Counted from the stretch's first letter, positions 50,921 to 60,849 are shown. The stretch: 64,000 nucleotides of DNA from a virus (IMGVR_UViG_3300015607_004925:32001-96000), one strand, 5' to 3'. Translations and numbers: made by a program. Notes: generated by a model from the sequence alone, not told the origin.

Positions 50921-51402
50921 AGATCATCTCCCTCGACGACCTTGGCAACCCTGAGGAGGACCTCGAGTTCCCGGCGCGCGTCGACGATTTCGACATCCGC
51001 GAGCCGCTGACAGAGGCGGCCCTCAAGAACCTCAAGACGATGCGCAAGCTCGGCGTCCTGACTGCAGAGGGCATCATGGCCCTCGTCGCGGCGGCCCCGA
51101 TCGACCCTATCAACCTGGCGGGCACGCTGATGAAACTGATGCCCGACGGCTGGGTGTTCTCCGCCGTGGACTTCACGTTGATGCGCGTGTTGTCGCGCGA
51201 CCACAAGAAGCAGGTCGAAGCGGCACTGCGCATCGACCTCATCGGCGGCGACGCTATCATGGCGCTCGCGCGCGACAAGAATGGACGCCTGATCGAGTTC
51301 CGCACGCTGGCGATCGAACCAGGCAAGAAGGACCAGCTCGACGCGGTGCAGGCGCTATGCGCCGAAGCGGTTGCCGCCGCGCGGCGTGAGGCGAAGGTCT
51401 GA
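50917..51402 (+). CDS. Hypothetical protein
   Basis: GTG 50917 (MKIISLDDLG). Confidence 0.65.
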   Translation: MKIISLDDLGNPEEDLEFPARVDDFDIREPLTEAALKNLKTMRKLGVLTAEGIMALVAAAPIDPINLAGTLMKLMPDGWVFSAVDFTLMRVLSRDHKKQVEAALRIDLIGGDAIMALARDKNGRLIEFRTLAIEPGKKDQLDAVQALCAEAVAAARREAKV

Positions 51403-51404
51403 CG

Positions 51405-52229
51405 CTACAGGTAGGCGTCTTCGAGCGAGAGCTTGACGTCGCTCTTGAGGACGTCTTGTAGCAGCTGCATCCCGTTGATCTTGATCTGACGAACACGCTC
51501 GGGGCACATACCCATGAGGTCCGCGATCTGGACCAGGTTGCGGGGTTCGTCCTTCACTCCGAAGTAGAGATTCAGGACGGTCTGCTCACGTACAGGAAGC
51601 TGCGCGATCCCATGGCGAACCAGGAAACGAAGCCGCTCCATGCCGTAGGCCGTGGTCGGCTCGCGCGCATCGCAGGTGTTACGCGCTGCGTCGAGCGTCG
51701 TGACGACGCCCTCAGGATGTCCAGGGTCCATGTCTCGCACACGCGCATGCTCGGGGCCGTGCTCCTGAAGGGCGGCACGGAACTCGCGCGCGGCGCGACG
51801 CTGGGCCTTCTGGCGGTGCGCCGGCACGTGTACCAGCGACGAGGACGTGTAGTCCTGGTTGGACATCTCCTCGTAGACCCACCAGCCGGCGTAGGTCAGG
51901 AAGCGGATGTACGGCTTGCGTCGGGTGTCGAACCGGTCGGCTGCCTTGAGCAAGCCGAGGTTGCCTGCGGCGATGAAATCCTTCACCGCCTCCGGGTCCT
52001 TGGTCCGCTTGTGGGCTTGCTGGACGACGAACTTGAGGTGTGTCTGGACGATCGCGTCGCGCGCCTTGGTGTCGTGCTTCTCCTGCCAGCGGCGGAGAAG
52101 GTGCTTCTCTTCGTCTGGATCGTCGATCGTCGGGGCGCGCGCGACCTCGGCGTAGTATGCCGCGGATGTACGACAGACCGTGTTCCCCATGTGTACGGGG
52201 ACTCTACGCCGAAGCGGGGCGTTCATCAA
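51405..52229 (-). CDS. Sigma-70-family RNA polymerase sigma factor
   Basis: Region 2 HLKFVV...DFIAAGNLGLLKAADRFD...FLTYAGWWV; region 4 LPVREQTVL...CPERVRQI; start uncertain (52229, 52226 or 52190). Confidence 0.9.
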   Translation of the reverse strand: MMNAPLRRRVPVHMGNTVCRTSAAYYAEVARAPTIDDPDEEKHLLRRWQEKHDTKARDAIVQTHLKFVVQQAHKRTKDPEAVKDFIAAGNLGLLKAADRFDTRRKPYIRFLTYAGWWVYEEMSNQDYTSSSLVHVPAHRQKAQRRAAREFRAALQEHGPEHARVRDMDPGHPEGVVTTLDAARNTCDAREPTTAYGMERLRFLVRHGIAQLPVREQTVLNLYFGVKDEPRNLVQIADLMGMCPERVRQIKINGMQLLQDVLKSDVKLSLEDAYL

Positions 52230-52235
52230 ATAAAC
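52221..52235. promoter_or_regulatory. Palindromic operator-like site over the sigma start
   Basis: gttcat-caa-ataaac. Confidence 0.6.
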
Positions 52236-52313
52236 ACTCGTCGACTACCCCATCCCGCGGGCACGATCTCCTCGGGACCTCCGAGGATAGCACGAATAAT
52301 TTCATAGCTTGAT

Positions 52314-52328
52314 GCTTGCCAAATAAAC
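52314..52328. promoter_or_regulatory. Palindromic operator-like site
   Basis: gcttgc-caa-ataaac upstream of ATG 52381. Confidence 0.55.
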
Positions 52329-52380
52329 ATCGGACTCACTAGAGTCGCGATCCACCGATGACATTTCAAAGGGACATGAC

Positions 52381-53436
52381 ATGACCGACACCGCCGACAA
52401 GAAGACCACGTCCACCGCCCTCGCCACCTCGTCCAAGACCTCGCTGATCAAGCTCTCTCGCGGCGCCGAGATGGCCAAGCTCGATCCGGCCGTGCTCGAC
52501 GCCGCCATCACGCAGAAGCGTGACGAGCTGCTCAAGCTGGCCGACGACACGGCCATGCCTGACAACCTGCGTCAAGTCGTCCGCAACCTCGTGGCACTCG
52601 CGGCCCCGAACAAGCCGGGCCTCGAGGAGATGGCGGGCGCGTGGAACATCCCGCGCATCAACATCGCACAGCCGACCACCCGCTCCGAGGCGAAGCCGGA
52701 GTCGGCGAAGAACGGCAGCCTCTACACCACCGAGGGCAAGCTGCTCGAGATGCCGTGGGGCGGCATCCCGCTCCACTTCTCCGAAGAGAACATCAACTTC
52801 CCCAAGGGCGGCGGCAACAACCCGGTGTGTCAGTCGCCGGACGCCAAGCTCGGCTCGCCGTTCGGCACGTGCGAGAACTGCCCCCACCTGCCGTTCGGCA
52901 AGCAGAACGGTGGCCGCGGCGACCAGAAGCAGACCGACTGCTACTCGAACATCGTCGTCGTGATGCTCGCGACCGACCTCAGCCAGGTCTACAAGGTGCA
53001 GTTCGGCAAGACGAGCCGCAAGGCCGGCGCCGCGCTGCTCGCGCTCGCGCGCCAGCAGCCGTTCGTCTGGAAGCAGAGCTACCTGCTGGACACCGAGAAG
53101 AAGAACGGCGATCAGGGCATCTACTGGATCTTCCGGTCGCAGCCCACCGGCAAGGACAACGACCCGAACGTCCTGAAGCTGTGCGAGAAGCTCTACGGGC
53201 TGTGGGCGGCCGAGCGCGATCGTTTCCTCGCCGACTGGTACGCGCGCCCGGCGCGCGCGCCGATGGCAGCGGCGGAGGCCGAGGGTAGCTTCGAGGGCGG
53301 TGCGCTCGACGTTGGCCTGGATGCTGGCGTGAGTGACGGCGTGGAGCCGGACCTCTCGACGCCGACGCCGGCGCCGGCCGCGTCCAAGACGCCGTCCAAG
53401 ACGTCTGGCGCGCGCTCGTCGTCGAAGCCCATGTGA
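52381..53436 (+). CDS. Putative ssDNA-binding/recombination protein
   Basis: IPRINIAQP, CQSPD..G...CENCP...C Zn motif, acidic/low-complexity tail; replication-block context. Confidence 0.55.
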   Translation: MTDTADKKTTSTALATSSKTSLIKLSRGAEMAKLDPAVLDAAITQKRDELLKLADDTAMPDNLRQVVRNLVALAAPNKPGLEEMAGAWNIPRINIAQPTTRSEAKPESAKNGSLYTTEGKLLEMPWGGIPLHFSEENINFPKGGGNNPVCQSPDAKLGSPFGTCENCPHLPFGKQNGGRGDQKQTDCYSNIVVVMLATDLSQVYKVQFGKTSRKAGAALLALARQQPFVWKQSYLLDTEKKNGDQGIYWIFRSQPTGKDNDPNVLKLCEKLYGLWAAERDRFLADWYARPARAPMAAAEAEGSFEGGALDVGLDAGVSDGVEPDLSTPTPAPAASKTPSKTSGARSSSKPM

Positions 53437-53441
53437 CCGAC

Positions 53442-53502
53442 GGGCCTCGCGCGAACATAGAGCCCAACGCGCGAGGCCCTGTTCCAGGGCCGTTCGTTTT
53501 TT
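53442..53502 (+). terminator. Overlapping hairpins plus U-tract (intrinsic terminator or attenuator)
   Basis: gggcctcgcgcg/cgcgcgaggccc; ggccctg-ttc-cagggcc; tttttt at 53497-53502. Confidence 0.6.
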
Positions 53503-53515
53503 CGAGGGGGGAGAC

Positions 53516-54358
53516 ATGCCGAAGTTCGAGATCACGGAGCTGGCACGCAAGTTCGCCCCTTGGTCGTTTTCCAAGATGGAAGCGGCCGAGACGTGTCCCG
53601 CGCAATTCGGACACAAGCACGTGACCAAGACAGGCGCGGCGCCCGCGCCGTCCGACACCAAGGTCGGCATCGTCGCGCACGAGATCCTCGAGCACCGTAC
53701 CGGCGGTACCGCCGCGCCCGAAGCGCGCAAGCTCGCGCTCGCCAAGAACCCGCTCACCGACGGCGAGCTAGAGATGCTGCGGACGCTCAACGGGAACATG
53801 GAGTCGTTCCTCAAGCGGTTCGACACGTTCTGCAAGGCGCAAGGCGTCACCGAGGTCCTGTGCGAAAAAGACTGGGCCTTCAACGACGTCTACGAGAAGA
53901 CGGGCTTCTTCGACAAGAACGTGTACTTTCGCGGCAAGTTGGACCTCGGGGCCATCACGCGCGACCGTGACCTGTTCTTCATCGACCACAAGGCCGGCGC
54001 CGTGAAGAAGCTCGGCGAGGACCGCGTGAAGCGCGAGCAGCTACAGTCCTACGCCGTGCTCGCGTTGGTCAACGTCCCGAACCTCAGCGGCGTGCGCGGC
54101 GGGATCAACTTCTTGCAGGCCGACGATGCAGAGGCACAGATCCAGTGGGGCGACTATGTCCCCGCGTCGCGTGTGCGTGACCTGTATGTCGGGTGGTTGT
54201 TCCAGCGCGTCAACCGTGCCGCGGACAACCTCCTTGAGCCATTCGAGGCGCGGCCCGCGAAGTCCCGCATGAAGAAAGACAACCGTCCGGGCTTCCCGTG
54301 CGGCTGGTGTTCGTACACGGCGTCGTGCGCGGCGTTCCAGGAGAAGTTCGGTGGCTAG
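53516..54358 (+). CDS. PD-(D/E)XK nuclease
   Basis: ATG 53516; WSFSK..CP, GKLD, IDHK, QLQSY, CGWCSY..C. Confidence 0.8.
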   Translation: MPKFEITELARKFAPWSFSKMEAAETCPAQFGHKHVTKTGAAPAPSDTKVGIVAHEILEHRTGGTAAPEARKLALAKNPLTDGELEMLRTLNGNMESFLKRFDTFCKAQGVTEVLCEKDWAFNDVYEKTGFFDKNVYFRGKLDLGAITRDRDLFFIDHKAGAVKKLGEDRVKREQLQSYAVLALVNVPNLSGVRGGINFLQADDAEAQIQWGDYVPASRVRDLYVGWLFQRVNRAADNLLEPFEARPAKSRMKKDNRPGFPCGWCSYTASCAAFQEKFGG

Positions 54359-57300
54359 ACGGAAGGAAGCGGACAACCGGGTCTTGTTCCAGCGCCTCCA
54401 ACGCGTCTGGACGGACATCGCGCATGGCGAGTGGCTCTCGCTGCTTTCCGAAGCGGCACCGGAAGGTCGCTTCATTCGCTTCAAGCACCACATCAAGGGC
54501 GGTTGCCCGTTCCACGACGACTCGACGCCCTCGTTCATCGTGACGCCTGAGAAGGGCATCGCGAAGTGCTTCGGGTGTCACAAGATCTTCGTCAACCCGA
54601 TCCACCTGGTCGCGGCGCTGCAGAAGTGCAGCTACGGCGACGCCGTCCTCTTCGTCCGCAAGCGCTTCGGGCTGAAGGCGTCGATCCCTGACGCGCTGTT
54701 CGAGAAGGTTCGCGACCACGAGATCTACCAACGCCACAAGGCCGCGCTGATGCGCTTCTTCAGCGAGCTGCTGTTCCAGGCGATGGGCGCCTACGCGAAC
54801 AACACGCTCGACGCCGACGGCCTCTCGTGGGCGCAGCCCGTGGTCGAGTACCTCGTGAAGCGCCGCCTCGGCGAGAGCGCGCCCAACGAGTTGGTGCCTG
54901 AGGAAGATCAGTCGAACGGCACGTTCGACCAGTACGGCGTGTGGCAGGCGATCTGCGGGCAGCAGCTGCTCGGCGTGTTTCCGCCCAAGGCGTTCGTCGA
55001 GAACAAGTTCGGCACGACGAGCGAGGAGTTCAAGTTCTATAACTCGTACTTCGGCAAGTACACCGACGGGTTCAACTACCTCGGCTTCCTGGTGTTTCCG
55101 TACAACGACGCGCCGGACTCGATCTGCCGGTTCAAGATGCGCGAACCGACACGCGAGAAGCCGGGCATGGCCTGGGTCGACGACGCGTACGAGGCCGAGA
55201 TGGGCGGCTTCCGCGGCTTCTATGGGCTCGCCTATTACCGCACGTTTCTGTCGATGCGGGACCACGGGGACGACGGGCCGAAGGAAGGCCATGTGGCGCT
55301 CCTGCACGAGGGTGAATTCGATGCGTTGGCCAGCATCGCGCAACAGATCCGCCGCTCGAGCGAGGACTTCGTCGCGCTCGCACTCGGCGGTGCGTCGTCG
55401 CAACCGGTCGACCGACTGGCGGACCTGGGCGTGCTACGTGCGTGGCTGGTCGGTGATCGCGACAAGGGCGGCGATAACTTCGCGCGCCGTGTGATGAACG
55501 ACACCAAGTCCAAGACGATCACGTTCCGGGTGTTCCAGTGGCCCGACGAGTACATCGAGTGGACGGACCCGACGGACCCGAGCGCGCGCATCAAGGACCC
55601 TGACGACGCGATCAAGCGCCTCGGCTACCCGCGCTTTGCGCGCTACGCCTGCGACGCCGGGATGTACTGGCACGCGCACGAGTGGTGTTACGACCAGGCG
55701 AGCGCGGAGATCCGGCGCGGCAACCCCGAGGACATCCCGTTCGTCAACCGCATCGCCAAGGACTGGGGTTCCGTGCTGCGCGACGCGCAGTCAAGCGCCG
55801 CCTTCTGCGACGCCGTCGCGAAGAACTTCGGGCTCGACGCAACGATCCTGAAGCGCGACATCTGGACGAAGGACGAGAAGGAGTCGACGTTCATCGAGCG
55901 CCTGATGCGCACGGTCATCGAGAAGTTCCATGTCGTCGGCGTGCAGAACGCGGAGAGCCGCAAGCGCCTGCTCGTGCTCTGGCACAAGGACACGCGTGCG
56001 ATCGAGACGGTGGTGCTCAACGATGAAAAAGGTGCCGAGACCTTCGTGGCGCGCTACTACGGCCCGATCTACAACTTCGTGAAGGACCACGTCGGCGAGC
56101 CCGGTTTCATCGTCGGCGACGATGGCGACGACACGCCGTTCGACGTCTCGCTGCGATCGAAGCGCTACCGTGAGTACCTGAACCAGGCGTTGCTTGCCCT
56201 CGCCCAGGACCGTGCGTCGATCGACACGTCGAACACCAAGAGCCAGGGCATCCACATGCTCGACTACTCGGCACACCACATGCGGTCGTACATGGTCAAC
56301 GGGCGCGACGTGTTCCGCATCAACCACGACGAGACCGGCATGCGTGTGGTCCGGCTCGAGGGCCCGAGCGACGAGGGGGTGATCTTCGACAACGTCGACG
56401 AGCCCTGGATCGACACGATCAAGACGGAGGCGGACTTCTTCCCCGAGAAGCCGACGAGCCTGGTCGACCTGTACCTCCAGCTCAAGGACATGATCGACAC
56501 GGGCTGGGGCTTCCGCAACCAGTGGCTCGACGCGACGTTCCTTGCGGCGCACGTGCTGACGATCGCGCCGATGACGATCTTCACGCGCCAGACGGCGGTG
56601 ATCGTCAACGCCGAGGCCGAGTCGGGCAAGTCGAAGTTCACCGCAGGCTTCGTCGGCGGTTCTGGTTTCCCGCGCATCAACGTCGTCGCACACGCACGGT
56701 CGATGCAGGGCTACACGGCCGCGTCGATCCGGCAGAAGCACAACAACTGCAGCCTGTGCCTGTGTCTCGAGGAGTTCGAGGACTATGGCGGCAACGACGC
56801 GAAGTCGGTGGCCGTCCGCAAGGTGCTCGAGCTGTGCCGCGACCTCATCAGCGAGGCCCCCGTGAACTGGTCCATCGGCACGACGACCGGCGAGAGCAAG
56901 ACGTACCGCCTGCGCTTCCCGCTGGTGGCATCGGCGATTCGCCCGCTGCGCGACGCCGCGTCGCTGTCGCGCTTCGTGCAGTTCGAGCTGGTCAAGGACT
57001 CGAGCCGCGGTGACCCCGTGCTCGCGCTCCTCGACAAGTTCAGCGACGAGACGATGAAGCGTGCCAAGCACGACGTGGTCGTCTCGGTGCTGCCGTACAT
57101 GCACGCGCTGCGGCGTCACCAGGCCGTCGTCGAGAAAGAGTATGCCACCGGCGCGTCGCTACCGGCGCACGCGTCGAGCCGCTTCCGTGAGGCGCTCTAC
57201 CCGGTGCTCTGCATGCTGCGCCTGCTGGGCGAGCTTGCGAAGGCCGAGGGGCGACCGAGCGCGGTGCCCGACTACAAGCAGTTCGCCTACGACTTCTCGG

Positions 57301-57848
57301 AGTCGCGACGCGACCAGCTGGCGCGCCTCAAGACGACGTCAGAGAACGAGCAGATCTTCGAGACCATCCTCAGCTCGCCGATCCAGACCGCGAGCGTCGG
57401 CGACAAGGACCTGGCCGCCGGCGTTACGAACCTGCGCGAGATGCTCTCGAACCTCAACGACCTCAACGCGATCAACAAGACGAAGAAGGGCGTCTACATC
57501 GACGTCAAGATGGAGTGGCTGATCGTCAACTGGGTCGAGGCCACGCAGGGCTTGCTCTACCAGAGCAAGTACCGTGCGGAAACGCCGACGTTCCTGAAGC
57601 AGGTGTCGGAACGTTCCCCGCATCACGTGAAGACCGAAGACGTGCGCGCAGGCCGTGTGCTTGAGCGCCTCGTGTCGGTGATGGGTCCGTGCCAGCCGAT
57701 CGACCTCATCTCGGTGTTCAGTGTCAAGCACTTGCTCGACCAGATGCGCGACCTACGCCATGCCGCGATGGCCGTCGTAACCACGCCGGTCGATGCGGAC
57801 AAGGTCGACGTCGACAAGTCACAAGTCATCGACGACATCGTCGTCTGA
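54351..57848 (+). CDS. Primase-helicase fusion (CHC2 Zn finger, TOPRIM, P-loop NTPase)
   Basis: CPFHDDSTPSF...CFGC; HEGEFDAL; GDRDKGG; KDPDD; AESGKS; LEEFE. Confidence 0.85.
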   Translation: MARRKEADNRVLFQRLQRVWTDIAHGEWLSLLSEAAPEGRFIRFKHHIKGGCPFHDDSTPSFIVTPEKGIAKCFGCHKIFVNPIHLVAALQKCSYGDAVLFVRKRFGLKASIPDALFEKVRDHEIYQRHKAALMRFFSELLFQAMGAYANNTLDADGLSWAQPVVEYLVKRRLGESAPNELVPEEDQSNGTFDQYGVWQAICGQQLLGVFPPKAFVENKFGTTSEEFKFYNSYFGKYTDGFNYLGFLVFPYNDAPDSICRFKMREPTREKPGMAWVDDAYEAEMGGFRGFYGLAYYRTFLSMRDHGDDGPKEGHVALLHEGEFDALASIAQQIRRSSEDFVALALGGASSQPVDRLADLGVLRAWLVGDRDKGGDNFARRVMNDTKSKTITFRVFQWPDEYIEWTDPTDPSARIKDPDDAIKRLGYPRFARYACDAGMYWHAHEWCYDQASAEIRRGNPEDIPFVNRIAKDWGSVLRDAQSSAAFCDAVAKNFGLDATILKRDIWTKDEKESTFIERLMRTVIEKFHVVGVQNAESRKRLLVLWHKDTRAIETVVLNDEKGAETFVARYYGPIYNFVKDHVGEPGFIVGDDGDDTPFDVSLRSKRYREYLNQALLALAQDRASIDTSNTKSQGIHMLDYSAHHMRSYMVNGRDVFRINHDETGMRVVRLEGPSDEGVIFDNVDEPWIDTIKTEADFFPEKPTSLVDLYLQLKDMIDTGWGFRNQWLDATFLAAHVLTIAPMTIFTRQTAVIVNAEAESGKSKFTAGFVGGSGFPRINVVAHARSMQGYTAASIRQKHNNCSLCLCLEEFEDYGGNDAKSVAVRKVLELCRDLISEAPVNWSIGTTTGESKTYRLRFPLVASAIRPLRDAASLSRFVQFELVKDSSRGDPVLALLDKFSDETMKRAKHDVVVSVLPYMHALRRHQAVVEKEYATGASLPAHASSRFREALYPVLCMLRLLGELAKAEGRPSAVPDYKQFAYDFSESRRDQLARLKTTSENEQIFETILSSPIQTASVGDKDLAAGVTNLREMLSNLNDLNAINKTKKGVYIDVKMEWLIVNWVEATQGLLYQSKYRAETPTFLKQVSERSPHHVKTEDVRAGRVLERLVSVMGPCQPIDLISVFSVKHLLDQMRDLRHAAMAVVTTPVDADKVDVDKSQVIDDIVV

Positions 57849-57851
57849 CGT

Positions 57852-57866
57852 GTTTGTGTGATAAAC
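57852..57866. promoter_or_regulatory. Palindromic operator-like site upstream of DNA polymerase
   Basis: gtttgt-gtg-ataaac. Confidence 0.6.
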
Positions 57867-57882
57867 CTGGACCAGGAGCAAC

Positions 57883-60828
57883 ATGTCGCCTAAGTCGAAG
57901 CTGCCTGTCGTCCAGTACGGCGAGGACGTCGTCGCGCCCGAGCACCAGACCGCGATCAAGGGCATCCCGTGCCAGGGGTGCGAGCTGGAGAAGAAGGGCC
58001 GCGTCTGCGGGCAGGGCACGTCGGGCGAGGTGGACATCATGTTCGTCTCGGAGTCGCCGTCGTCCTGGTCGCTCAGCAACCAGGAGGTCTTCTACGGCCG
58101 CGGCGGCCGCATCATCCGTTCGGCATGGAAGAACCTCAAGGACCTCGACGCGCGCAGCGGGGAGAAGCTCCGCATGCGGTACATGCGGAAGTGGGACACG
58201 TACGCTGTCCAATGCCAGGTCGAGGAAGGCCGCGACCAGAGCGCGACCGCGAGCAAGACGACCATTGACCGCTGCGCGCAGTACCTGCACGCCGCCGTCA
58301 AGAACAAGCGCCCGAAGATCATCGTCGCGTTCGGGGCGACAGCGCTGAAGTCCCTCGGCCACAAAGGCGAGGGCTTCATGGACTCGCGCGGACGCGTACT
58401 CGAGCTGGAGATCGCCGGGCACAAGTGCAAGGTCATCCCGACGTTCTCGACCAAGCACATCCAGGCCAAGTCCGGCCTCTACAACCTGCTCCTCGCCGAC
58501 TTCACGCGCGCCGTGCGCATCGCCGCCGGTGTCGACGACGCCGGTGCGAACGCCACGCTCGAGGAGATCACCAAGGACTACCGAACGCCGCGGACGGTCG
58601 AAGAGGTCGCCGCGGTCTGCGACGAGATCATCAATCATGTCGTCGAGGGCGCCAAGACGGCGTCGCAGTGCGCGATCGCGGTTGATACCGAGACCAACAC
58701 GGTCAACCCGCACCGTCAGGACGCGAAGGTCCTGTGCGTCTCGTTCGCGTGGGACACCGGCAAGGCGACGGCCATCCCGCTGTTCCATCGCGGGTCGCCG
58801 TGGTCGCCGGAGGAGCTAGAGCAGGTCATCGAGCACGTCAAGCGCGTGCTCGCCTGTCCCAAGCCCAAGGTCTTCCACAACGCGAAGTTCGACCTGAAGT
58901 TCCTCGAGATGCGGCACGGCTGGCCCGTCAACAACGTCCAGTGGGACTCGATGCTCGGCGAGCACCTGCTGCGCGAGGACATGGGCGGTAACTACGGCCT
59001 CAAGACGCTGGGTCGTAGCTACTTCCCAGCGTTTGGCAACTACGCCGACCGCATCCACGAGTTGGCCGAGCAGCTCACGCCCGAGGAGGAAGGCGTCGCG
59101 GCGACGACGGTCGGCGTACGCAAGGGCAAGATCCCGAAGAAGGCGACGATCGGCATCGAGGAGGGTCTCGTCGTCGAGATCTCGAAGAAGGAGCTGGACG
59201 AGTACATCTTCGGGAACAAGCGTGACCGCAAGAAGAAGGTCATGGACGCCGGCTACGAGCGCGTGCCGATCGACACGCTGCTCATCTACGCCGCCGTCGA
59301 CACCGACCTGACGCGCCGGCTCTTGCGCCACCAGTTCGCGCGCATGCAGGCCGAGGGCTTCGTCGGTCCGGCGCGCAGCCTCATGGCCACGCACTGCGTG
59401 CCGGCGTCACGCGCGCTTGGGCGCATGGAGTTCGACGGCTTCCGTGTCGACCGCCCATACCTCGAGCAGAGCGAGGCCGCGCTCGCCAAGGTCGTCGCCG
59501 AAAAGAAGGCCATCCTCCATTCGTTCTGGGACAGGCCGAACGAGGAGTTCAATCCGAACAGCACCGCGCACGTCGGGCACATCCTGTTCATGGCGGGCGT
59601 CAAGAACCCCGAGACGGGCCTGCGTGAGATCCGCCAGGGTCCATGGCTCGAGCGCAACAAGAAGAGCCAGCAGTACAAGACCGACAAGAAGACGCTCAAG
59701 GCGATCGCCGAGAAGCTGTCGTGCCCGTTCTCGAAGCACTTGCTCGAGTACCGCGCCGCTGACAAGGCGCTCAACGGGTTCCTCTACGAGATCAAGCTGC
59801 TCTCGGCGTACGACAACTACCTGCACACGAGCTTCCACTTGCACGGGACCTCGACGGGCCGCACCAGCTCGTCGAAGATCAACATGCAGAACCTCACCGG
59901 CTGGCTCGCCGGCGTGAACATCAAGAAGATCTTCATCCCGGATGACCCCGAGGAGGAGATCATCTTCAACGTCGACTGGAAGGGCGCCGAGATCCGCGTC
60001 TTCACGGCGTACGCGCCGGACGAGGAGCTGATCAAGGCGCTCAACTCCGGCCTCGACGTGCACAGCTGGTTCACGCAGGAGATCTTCGGCATCCCGTACG
60101 CCGAGGTCGAGCGGCTCAAGGACATCGACAAGCAGATGAAGGCGACGCGCACCACGGTGAAGCGCGTCGTGTTCGGCATCCTGTACGGCGCGATGGCGAA
60201 GAAGATCGCTGAGACCGCCGGCATCTCGGAGGAGGCGGCGCAGCAGGTCATCGACAAGCTGTTCGTGCGCTTCCCGTCGCTGCGCAACTACATGGACGAG
60301 GTCGTGGCGCAGATCCACGTCAAGGGCTTCGTCGAGACGCTGTTCGGGCGCCGTCGCCGGTTCCCGTTGCAGGGCGTCAACGGCTTCTTCCGCGGCCAGG
60401 CCGAGCGCCGCGGCAAGAACATGAAGATCCAGTCGACGTCATCCGACATCGTCATCGGGCAACTCGTCGAGATCTTCGAGCACATCCGCGAACTGGGCGG
60501 GCGCCTCTGCATCACGGTGCACGATTCGATCGTGGGCACGATCAAGAAGAAGTACCTGTCCCAGGTGCAGGCATTCTTCGACTACTACTGCGTGACGCGC
60601 GTGCGCGAGAAGTACCCGTGGCTGCCGGTCGACTTCGCCCACGATATCAGTGTCGGGCCGAACTATGGCGAGACCATCGCGCTCGACGACTACCTCAAGA
60701 AGCACGCCCCTGTCATCCCGTCGGACCAACAGGCGTTCGAGGCGATGCTGGACGCCGAGTCACTGGACGAGCTGCGTATGGACGAGGAAGAAGAGCGCGA
60801 GGCCGCGCTCGCGACGAAGAGCGTGTGA
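57883..60828 (+). CDS. polA: Family A DNA polymerase with N-terminal UDG-like and 3'-5' exonuclease domains
   Basis: DTET, FHNAKFD, YAAVD; TGRTSS, NMQN, DWKGAEIR, KRVVFGILYG, TVHDS; N-terminal CQGCEL..MFVSESP. Confidence 0.93.
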   Translation: MSPKSKLPVVQYGEDVVAPEHQTAIKGIPCQGCELEKKGRVCGQGTSGEVDIMFVSESPSSWSLSNQEVFYGRGGRIIRSAWKNLKDLDARSGEKLRMRYMRKWDTYAVQCQVEEGRDQSATASKTTIDRCAQYLHAAVKNKRPKIIVAFGATALKSLGHKGEGFMDSRGRVLELEIAGHKCKVIPTFSTKHIQAKSGLYNLLLADFTRAVRIAAGVDDAGANATLEEITKDYRTPRTVEEVAAVCDEIINHVVEGAKTASQCAIAVDTETNTVNPHRQDAKVLCVSFAWDTGKATAIPLFHRGSPWSPEELEQVIEHVKRVLACPKPKVFHNAKFDLKFLEMRHGWPVNNVQWDSMLGEHLLREDMGGNYGLKTLGRSYFPAFGNYADRIHELAEQLTPEEEGVAATTVGVRKGKIPKKATIGIEEGLVVEISKKELDEYIFGNKRDRKKKVMDAGYERVPIDTLLIYAAVDTDLTRRLLRHQFARMQAEGFVGPARSLMATHCVPASRALGRMEFDGFRVDRPYLEQSEAALAKVVAEKKAILHSFWDRPNEEFNPNSTAHVGHILFMAGVKNPETGLREIRQGPWLERNKKSQQYKTDKKTLKAIAEKLSCPFSKHLLEYRAADKALNGFLYEIKLLSAYDNYLHTSFHLHGTSTGRTSSSKINMQNLTGWLAGVNIKKIFIPDDPEEEIIFNVDWKGAEIRVFTAYAPDEELIKALNSGLDVHSWFTQEIFGIPYAEVERLKDIDKQMKATRTTVKRVVFGILYGAMAKKIAETAGISEEAAQQVIDKLFVRFPSLRNYMDEVVAQIHVKGFVETLFGRRRRFPLQGVNGFFRGQAERRGKNMKIQSTSSDIVIGQLVEIFEHIRELGGRLCITVHDSIVGTIKKKYLSQVQAFFDYYCVTRVREKYPWLPVDFAHDISVGPNYGETIALDDYLKKHAPVIPSDQQAFEAMLDAESLDELRMDEEEEREAALATKSV

Positions 60829-60834
60829 TCCCGC

Positions 60835-60849
60835 GTCGGCGAGATAAAC
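60835..60849. promoter_or_regulatory. Palindromic operator-like site (degenerate left half)
   Basis: gtcggc-gag-ataaac in intergenic gap. Confidence 0.4.

Noticed and set aside
49005-54358. cas4 or CRISPR adaptation module
   Set aside because: No cas1/cas2 or array; such nucleases are common in phage replication blocks
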